Shown piece by piece: positions 43,457 through 48,894 of a DNA stretch of 53,701 nucleotides. Positions within the stretch are counted from its first letter, which is position 1; each line of letters opens with the position of its first letter. The notes below the pieces were generated by a model. That model searched no databases. It saw only the letters and a list, made by a program, of their open reading frames with translations, and was not told the DNA's origin. Source of the stretch: Candidatus Azambacteria bacterium RIFCSPLOWO2_01_FULL_46_26 (GTDB lineage: Bacteria; Patescibacteriota; Minisyncoccia; UBA9936); contig MEYT01000042.1 in the NCBI GenBank assembly GCA_001774105.1, positions 1-53,701 on the forward strand, written 5' to 3'. The translations under genes were made by a program, and so were the position numbers.

Positions 43457-44674
43457 TTACCCTATCGCTCCCAACATTTGGTAAATCGGAAGGATTACCG
43501 ACAACGCGATAAAAGCGACTATCAATCCCATAATCAAAAGCAATATCGGCTCAAGAAGAGTAACCATGTTCTTTAGAGTGGCGTCAACCTCTTCGTCGTA
43601 AAAAACGCTTAGAGTGTCCAAAATAAGGTCCAAACTTCCGGCCTTTTCGCCGATGCCCACCATGTTGCTGATTAAACGCGGAAAAAATTTTTCGTGATGC
43701 CGAAACGCCGAACCCAAAGAAATCCCCCTTGCGACGTCTTCCTCGGCGATTTTTATGAAGATTTCTTTGTATCTGATGTTGCCGATGGAATTAGCCGTAA
43801 TGTTCAAAGCCTCAATAATCGGGATGCCACTTTTTAGCAAAATCGCCAAAGTGTGCAAACTGCGCGCGAAAATTATTTTTTTCATCAGACCTTTGATAAT
43901 CGGCGCCCTGAACATAATCTCGGTCAGCAATTTTTGCCCGAGTATCGTTCTCCATGCGAAAATCAAGGAGACAACAAGGATGGCGAAAAATACGCCAAGC
44001 ACCGTAACGTGAGCGGAAACCCAATTGCTCGCGTCTATCAAAAACTGGGTAATGGCCGGCAGTTTTATTCCGGTTTCCTGAAAGGTCTTGGTCAGGCGCG
44101 GCAAAACCACGGTCAAAAGCAGGACGACGATGCCGAAACTGGCCGTTAGCAAAATAGCCGGATAAACCATCGCGCTCCTGATTCGGCTTTTGAGCTCATA
44201 CTCGGTTTTCATCTGAACGCTCAACCGCTCAAGAACCTCAATCAAATTGCCGCTTTTTTCTCCGGCGCTGACAACGCTGATGAAGAGCGTGGAAAAATGG
44301 CGGGGAAAATCGCCCAGAGCCGAAGACAGAGTCCGGCCTTTTTCAAGGTTCGCTTTGATACTCGCGTAAATTTTTTTCAAAACCGCTTTTTCGGTGTCAA
44401 AAATCAGAATGTCCATCGCTTCAATGACTCCCACGCCCGCTTTAAGCATTATCGCGAGATGCTTGGTAAAAAAAATTTTGTCCAAAAGAGTGATTCTCTG
44501 CAAAAAAACAATCTCTCTCTTCACGGCGGCCGCTCCGGCTTTTTTTTCTTTCACCGAAATCGGCGTCAATCCCTGCCGCGAAAGATAGTTCAAAACCGCC
44601 TCCTTGTTGGAGGCGTCGTATTCGCCTTCCTTCATTATGCCGCGTCCGTCAACGGCGGTATAGAAATATAACAT
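43457..44674 (-). CDS. pilC: Type IV pilus platform protein PilC (GspF family)
   Basis: 405 aa with two GspF-type repeats, three TM segments and the typical C-terminus LPIYQMLGAIG. Confidence 0.9.
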   Translation of the reverse strand: MLYFYTAVDGRGIMKEGEYDASNKEAVLNYLSRQGLTPISVKEKKAGAAAVKREIVFLQRITLLDKIFFTKHLAIMLKAGVGVIEAMDILIFDTEKAVLKKIYASIKANLEKGRTLSSALGDFPRHFSTLFISVVSAGEKSGNLIEVLERLSVQMKTEYELKSRIRSAMVYPAILLTASFGIVVLLLTVVLPRLTKTFQETGIKLPAITQFLIDASNWVSAHVTVLGVFFAILVVSLIFAWRTILGQKLLTEIMFRAPIIKGLMKKIIFARSLHTLAILLKSGIPIIEALNITANSIGNIRYKEIFIKIAEEDVARGISLGSAFRHHEKFFPRLISNMVGIGEKAGSLDLILDTLSVFYDEEVDATLKNMVTLLEPILLLIMGLIVAFIALSVILPIYQMLGAIG

Positions 44675-44684
44675 TTGATATTTG

Positions 44685-46403
44685 TTATTCTTTTATCACT
44701 CTAAGCACTTCTTCAATCGAAGTGACTCCTTTTTCCACCTTGGTCAAACCGTCTTCAAACATAAAAATCATTCCTTCCTCCATGGCTATCTTTTTCAATT
44801 CCGACGCCGTTAGTCCTTTGTTAATTAAATCCCTGATGCGCGGCGAAACGTTCAACGCCTCAAAAATTCCGATCTGTCCGGAATATCCCGTGTGTCCGCA
44901 CACGTCGCAACCGGCGCCCTGAAAAATAATCGCCGGGATGACTCTTTTAATTTTTCCCTCCCCATAGACGCTCCTCAATTGCTTTTCAATTTCTTTTTTC
45001 ACCTCCGCCGGCGTCTCAATCGAACGAACGCAATGAATGCAATTTTTTCTGACCAATCGCTGGGCAATGATAACGTTAAGGGTTGAGGAAATAAGAAACG
45101 CCGGAATTCCCAAATCCAAAAATCTCGGTATGGCGGAAATCGCGTCGTTGGTGTGCAGGGTTGAAAGCATGAGATGTCCGGTCAGGGCCGAATTAATGGC
45201 TATGTCCGCCGTTTCATTATCGCGGATTTCTCCGACCATAATAATGTCCGGATTTTGCCTCATCAAAGAACGTAAACCGTTCGCGAAAGTAATATTTGCC
45301 CTTGGATTAACCTGCGTCTGGCTGATGCCCTGAATGTCGTATTCAATCGGGTCTTCAATCGTGGAAATGCTCACTTCCGGCTTGTTGAGAATTTGCAGCA
45401 GGGCGTAAAGCGTCGTTGTTTTTCCGCTTCCGGTCGGCCCGGTCACCAGAATCATGCCGTGCGTTTTTGTTATATTTTCTTCAATAATCGCTTTTGTTTC
45501 GCTCAATATCCCAAGATCCGTCAAATTCAGCGGCCGCGCCGAACTTCTTAAAAGACGCATAACGGCTTTTTCGCCGTAAAACGTCGGCATTATGGAAACG
45601 CGGATGTCAACCGGCTGCTCTTCGGCCTTGAACTTAAACCTCCCGTCCTGGGGCGCCCTGTGTTCGTCAATTTTCAACGCGGCTAAAATTTTAATTCGGG
45701 CGATAATCCCCGGGTGGACTTCTTTCGGCATGGCAACGATGTCCCTCAGAATCCCGTCTATGCGATAGCGCACCGTGACCCCTTCCGCCGACCGTTCAAA
45801 AAAAATATCCGAGGCGTTTGAAATCGTCGCGTACTCGACAATGTTATCCACCATTGAGATGACCGGCATATTTTCCGCCAGGCGTTCGAGATCTTTCCCT
45901 TCTTTTGTCTGAGTCAGCGTCTGGGCGATGTTTTCTTCAATAATTTTTTTAAATTCTTTGGCAATGTCTTTTTTGTAAATCTTGAAGGCAAACCTTAAAT
46001 CCGAAGGCGTTGCCAGATACGGCTCAATCTCTCCACCTAATTTTTGCTTTAAATATTCAATCGTTTCCAAATCCGCCGGATCTTCCATTGCCACCCTTGT
46101 CAAACCGGGCTCTTTTTCAAAAACAACGACTCTTTTCTCCTTGGCCAGCGATTCCGGCAAAAGCGCCAAATTTTTCGGGTCAGGAGTCCGTTCTTTCAAA
46201 TTCGCGAGCGGCACGTTAAGATACTGGGACAAAAGTTCGGCAAAATATTCCTCGGTCATCTCTCCTCTGCCGATGAGAATATTGATTATGGTCTGACCGG
46301 AACGCGCCGCTTCGGTCTTGGCATTCTCAAATGTCTCCTCGCTTATAAGGCCGGATTCAAGAAGAATTTGTTTTAATTTTTGTTCGGGTAAATGCATGCT
46401 CAA
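44685..46403 (-). CDS. pilB: Type IV pilus assembly ATPase PilB (GspE family)
   Basis: It has an N-terminal GSPII_E_N-like domain, Walker A (VTGPTGSGKTTTLYA), Asp box, Walker B (IMVGEIRD), His box (LSTLHTND) and a tetracysteine motif (CIHC...CDVCGHTGY). Confidence 0.95.
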   Translation of the reverse strand: MSMHLPEQKLKQILLESGLISEETFENAKTEAARSGQTIINILIGRGEMTEEYFAELLSQYLNVPLANLKERTPDPKNLALLPESLAKEKRVVVFEKEPGLTRVAMEDPADLETIEYLKQKLGGEIEPYLATPSDLRFAFKIYKKDIAKEFKKIIEENIAQTLTQTKEGKDLERLAENMPVISMVDNIVEYATISNASDIFFERSAEGVTVRYRIDGILRDIVAMPKEVHPGIIARIKILAALKIDEHRAPQDGRFKFKAEEQPVDIRVSIMPTFYGEKAVMRLLRSSARPLNLTDLGILSETKAIIEENITKTHGMILVTGPTGSGKTTTLYALLQILNKPEVSISTIEDPIEYDIQGISQTQVNPRANITFANGLRSLMRQNPDIIMVGEIRDNETADIAINSALTGHLMLSTLHTNDAISAIPRFLDLGIPAFLISSTLNVIIAQRLVRKNCIHCVRSIETPAEVKKEIEKQLRSVYGEGKIKRVIPAIIFQGAGCDVCGHTGYSGQIGIFEALNVSPRIRDLINKGLTASELKKIAMEEGMIFMFEDGLTKVEKGVTSIEEVLRVIKE

Positions 46404-46407
46404 AACT

Positions 46408-47013
46408 TTAAATCTTAAACTGCCCTATCCCAAGATAAGGCGCGAGATAATCGCCGAAAATCAGAATTATCAGCGCCGCGACGATAATGAACAATCCCGA
46501 AGGCAAGCGGTATTGGGAATCCCGATAAATAATCAGATTTCCGAAATTGACCAAAATCATCAGAATAATCGCGAGTCCAAGATACATCAAAAAATTCGGC
46601 CAGCCGGAAGTCAAACCCGCGAGTGCCAGCAAAAATATTTCTTCTTTTTCAAAAAAACGCTCGCCCCTCAAATAGTTTAAAACCCAAGCCGCGAAACCGG
46701 AAACCAGCGAAAATCCGACGGCCGCGACCGGGCCTGCCCAAAAATGAAGCCAGACATAGGAGAGGAAATAAGTGATTGGCTGATACGGCGGCAGCAGATA
46801 CATTCCCGGCGGAGTGGACTTAAAAGAAAAATACTGCAAAAAAGTCAAAAAACCGGCTTGAAAAAAAAGAAAGACGATGACCAGCAAGACAAAAATTTGA
46901 GCCAATTTGACCGAGAGCCGTTTGGAATAAAAAAACCAGCCGGCGATGAGCAGAATCAGGGCGTATAAAACCAGTGAAATTATCGAAAGATTGTTGTATA
47001 AAACGGCGAGCAT
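46408..47013 (-). CDS. Polytopic membrane protein of unknown function between pilin and pilB
   Basis: 201 aa with about 6 TM helices, tightly packed (4-5 nt gaps). It occupies the slot where a prepilin peptidase is often found, but I could not find the two-Asp/GxGD A24 pattern. Confidence 0.65.
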   Translation of the reverse strand: MLAVLYNNLSIISLVLYALILLIAGWFFYSKRLSVKLAQIFVLLVIVFLFFQAGFLTFLQYFSFKSTPPGMYLLPPYQPITYFLSYVWLHFWAGPVAAVGFSLVSGFAAWVLNYLRGERFFEKEEIFLLALAGLTSGWPNFLMYLGLAIILMILVNFGNLIIYRDSQYRLPSGLFIIVAALIILIFGDYLAPYLGIGQFKI

Positions 47014-47018
47014 GCGAT

Positions 47019-47738
47019 TTAAAAGTCATTCGTGTCCGGCAAAATCGTCAAATTGCTTCCCACTTCAAACAATTTCGCGTTGTTTCCTCCGTCTTTCGCG
47101 GCCTTGTCGTCTTCGCCGCTTTCGCCGTAAAACTCGGATTCCAGCCGGCCGTTGATTTCAAACGTATGCGGCTTTGTTGACGCCAAACCGGTTCGGCAGG
47201 CATAACGGTAAATTAAATCAAGATTCGTGATATTGCTGACGGAGTTAACTCTATTGACCGGATCAACCGGCAAATTGGAAATAGGCGCGCCGCCCTTGAT
47301 TGAATCCAAAGGAGTCGGAATCCAGCCGCTGCCGTCAACTTTGTAAATGTCGGTGTTTGAAACCTGTTTAAAAGCGACGAAGGCCGAACCGACTGGCGGC
47401 AGGTCGGTTATGACGGCCCCCGGGCTATCCGAAGGATAACTTACCCAAATTAAATCGCTTCCGGTTCCGCCGGCGCAATAAGTGTCCGAATTAACCGCGT
47501 TGTCAAGTTTCGGCTGATTCGTTGAAACAACATACAAACCGAGAGCGGCCCGCAATGTCGTCATGTCCGAAAGCCGCTGGGCGTCGCGGCTCTTTCTCAA
47601 AATCTCGGCCGGGTTCAGCAAAAAAACGACCATTGATATCAATATCGCCAAAATGGCGATGGTTATCAAAAGCTCCAACAACGTGAATCCCTTTTTTGAA
47701 TTTTGAACTACCTTTTTATTTGTATCTATTTGTATCAT
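47019..47738 (-). CDS. Type IV pilin (paralog 1)
   Basis: MIQIDTNKKVVQNSKKG|FTLLELLITIAILAILISMVV. ATG 47738 is preferred because the longer ORF translates the promoter and repeat. The extended -10 lies at 47773-47781. Confidence 0.88.
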   Translation of the reverse strand: MIQIDTNKKVVQNSKKGFTLLELLITIAILAILISMVVFLLNPAEILRKSRDAQRLSDMTTLRAALGLYVVSTNQPKLDNAVNSDTYCAGGTGSDLIWVSYPSDSPGAVITDLPPVGSAFVAFKQVSNTDIYKVDGSGWIPTPLDSIKGGAPISNLPVDPVNRVNSVSNITNLDLIYRYACRTGLASTKPHTFEINGRLESEFYGESGEDDKAAKDGGNNAKLFEVGSNLTILPDTNDF

Positions 47739-47767
47739 TAGTATGCATTCGTATATTGGTATCGCAT
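47739..47767. repeat. Half copy (one arm) of the same element, forming the 5' UTR of pilin paralog 1
   Basis: The plus strand reads TTAGTATGCATTCGTATATTGGTATCGCA. Degenerate units ATTTGTATC x2 continue into the first codons of the pilin (MIQIDTNK). Confidence 0.8.
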
Positions 47768-47772
47768 TATTT

Positions 47773-47781
47773 ATTATACCA
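47773..47781 (-). promoter_or_regulatory. Extended -10 (TGGTATAAT) of pilin paralog 1
   Basis: The plus strand reads ATTATACCA. It lies directly after terminator 47797-47820 and 34 nt before ATG 47738. Confidence 0.6.
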
Positions 47782-47796
47782 AATCCCGCGCAAAAC

Positions 47797-47820
47797 AAAA
47801 AGCCCCTCAAGGGGCTTTTT
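47797..47820 (-). terminator. Rho-independent terminator after pilin paralog 2
   Basis: AAAAAGCCCC-tcaa-GGGGCTTTTT. Confidence 0.88.
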
Positions 47821-47840
47821 GTGTTTAAGGCCTAAAAACA

Positions 47841-48602
47841 TTAGAATCCGTCGGTGCCCGGCAGAATTGACAGGTCTGTGCCGACCTCATACAGATTTGA
47901 GTTGTTTCCTCCGTCTTTAGCCGCTTTGTCGGAAGCGCCGCCCGGTTTGAAGTCGTCGGACTCCATTCTGGCGTTAAGCTCAAAAGTCGTGGAATTGCTC
48001 GCGGCCCTGCTTGAACGGCAGGAGTAGCGATAAATAAGGTCTTCGTTGGCAACCGAAGCAAGATCGGTCACCGCGTTTGTCGGATCAACCGGCAAATTGG
48101 CAATCGGAGGTCCGCCTTGAATGGCATTAAACTGAACCGGAATCCAGCCGTTTCCGTTGGTCTTATACAAGTCCGCGACTACGATTTGATTGAAGTCAGC
48201 AGATGCAAGATTTGCCATGTTCGTGCTAATGCTGGTATCCGTGATATCGCTGGAATCAGGCAAACTCACCCAAATCTTTCTCAAATTGGAAGCCGCTCCG
48301 TTAAGCGGTTCGCCGAAATCCGGCGTATTACCGTCAAACCTATCAAGACAATTTGTGTCGCTGAAGGCGGTTCCGTCCAATTTCGGTTGGCCTATCTGGG
48401 TAACGTACAAAGCAATGGCCGCCCGCAAGGTGTTCATGTCCGAAAGCCGCTGGGAATCGCGGGTCTTCTTCAGGGTTTCGGCCGGGTTTAAGACCAGCAC
48501 CACGACGGTTGCCAAAATCGCGAGTATCGCGATAACTATCAAAAGCTCAAGCAAAGTAAAACCTTTGGTTCTCTTTGCGATTGTTAAATTTAAATTTCGC
48601 AT
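47841..48602 (-). CDS. Type IV pilin (paralog 2)
   Basis: MRNLNLTIAKRTKG|FTLLELLIVIAILAILATVVV. It shares SRD.QRLSDM.TLRAA..LYV and the C-terminal DKAAKDGGNN..L.EVG..L.ILP.T..F with paralog 1. It has its own promoter and terminator. Confidence 0.9.
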   Translation of the reverse strand: MRNLNLTIAKRTKGFTLLELLIVIAILAILATVVVLVLNPAETLKKTRDSQRLSDMNTLRAAIALYVTQIGQPKLDGTAFSDTNCLDRFDGNTPDFGEPLNGAASNLRKIWVSLPDSSDITDTSISTNMANLASADFNQIVVADLYKTNGNGWIPVQFNAIQGGPPIANLPVDPTNAVTDLASVANEDLIYRYSCRSSRAASNSTTFELNARMESDDFKPGGASDKAAKDGGNNSNLYEVGTDLSILPGTDGF

Positions 48603-48691
48603 GTTATTATGTTACTTAGGTTGAATTATTCGACCTTTTTAAACTTTATTTTTATTTTTCGACTTTTTATCGCCTTTCGGCTTTATTTTTA

Positions 48692-48700
48692 ATTATACCA
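48692..48700 (-). promoter_or_regulatory. Extended -10 (TGGTATAAT) of pilin paralog 2
   Basis: The plus strand reads ATTATACCA. It lies about 89 nt upstream of ATG 48602. Confidence 0.5.
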
Positions 48701-48745
48701 CCATCACCCCGCCTTGGAAAGTTTTTTTTGGGAGGGCTGTGGATA

Positions 48746-48893
48746 ACTCAAGGGCTTTGTCCCCGCTTAGCGGGGTTACAAAACCTTGATCCCGAGCGAA
48801 GCGAGGGATCTCACAAGGGCTTTCTCCCCGCCTTGGCGGGGGAAGAAAACCTTGATCCCGAGTCCGCCGGCTGGCGGACGAGGGATCTCTGAC
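48746..48893. repeat. Tandem array of related GC-rich hairpin units upstream of the Wzy_C gene
   Basis: CTCAAGGGCTTTGTCCCCGCTTAGCGGGG, CCTTGATCCCGAGCGAAGCGAGGGATCTCACAAGGGCTTTCTCCCCGCCTTGGCGGGGG and CCTTGATCCCGAGTCCGCCGGCTGGCGGACGAGGGATCTC. Confidence 0.85.
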
Positions 48894-48894
48894 T

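Noticed and set aside
46408-47013. Calling this ORF pilD (prepilin peptidase)
   Set aside because: Position and topology fit, but I could not find the two catalytic Asp motifs of the A24 family by eye. It stays a hypothesis, not an annotation.
48706-48893. Possible CRISPR array (also considered for the ATACGAAT-unit arrays)
   Set aside because: The repeats are few and imperfect and are not separated by unique spacers of constant length. They are palindromic modules abutting each other, and no cas genes are in the window.
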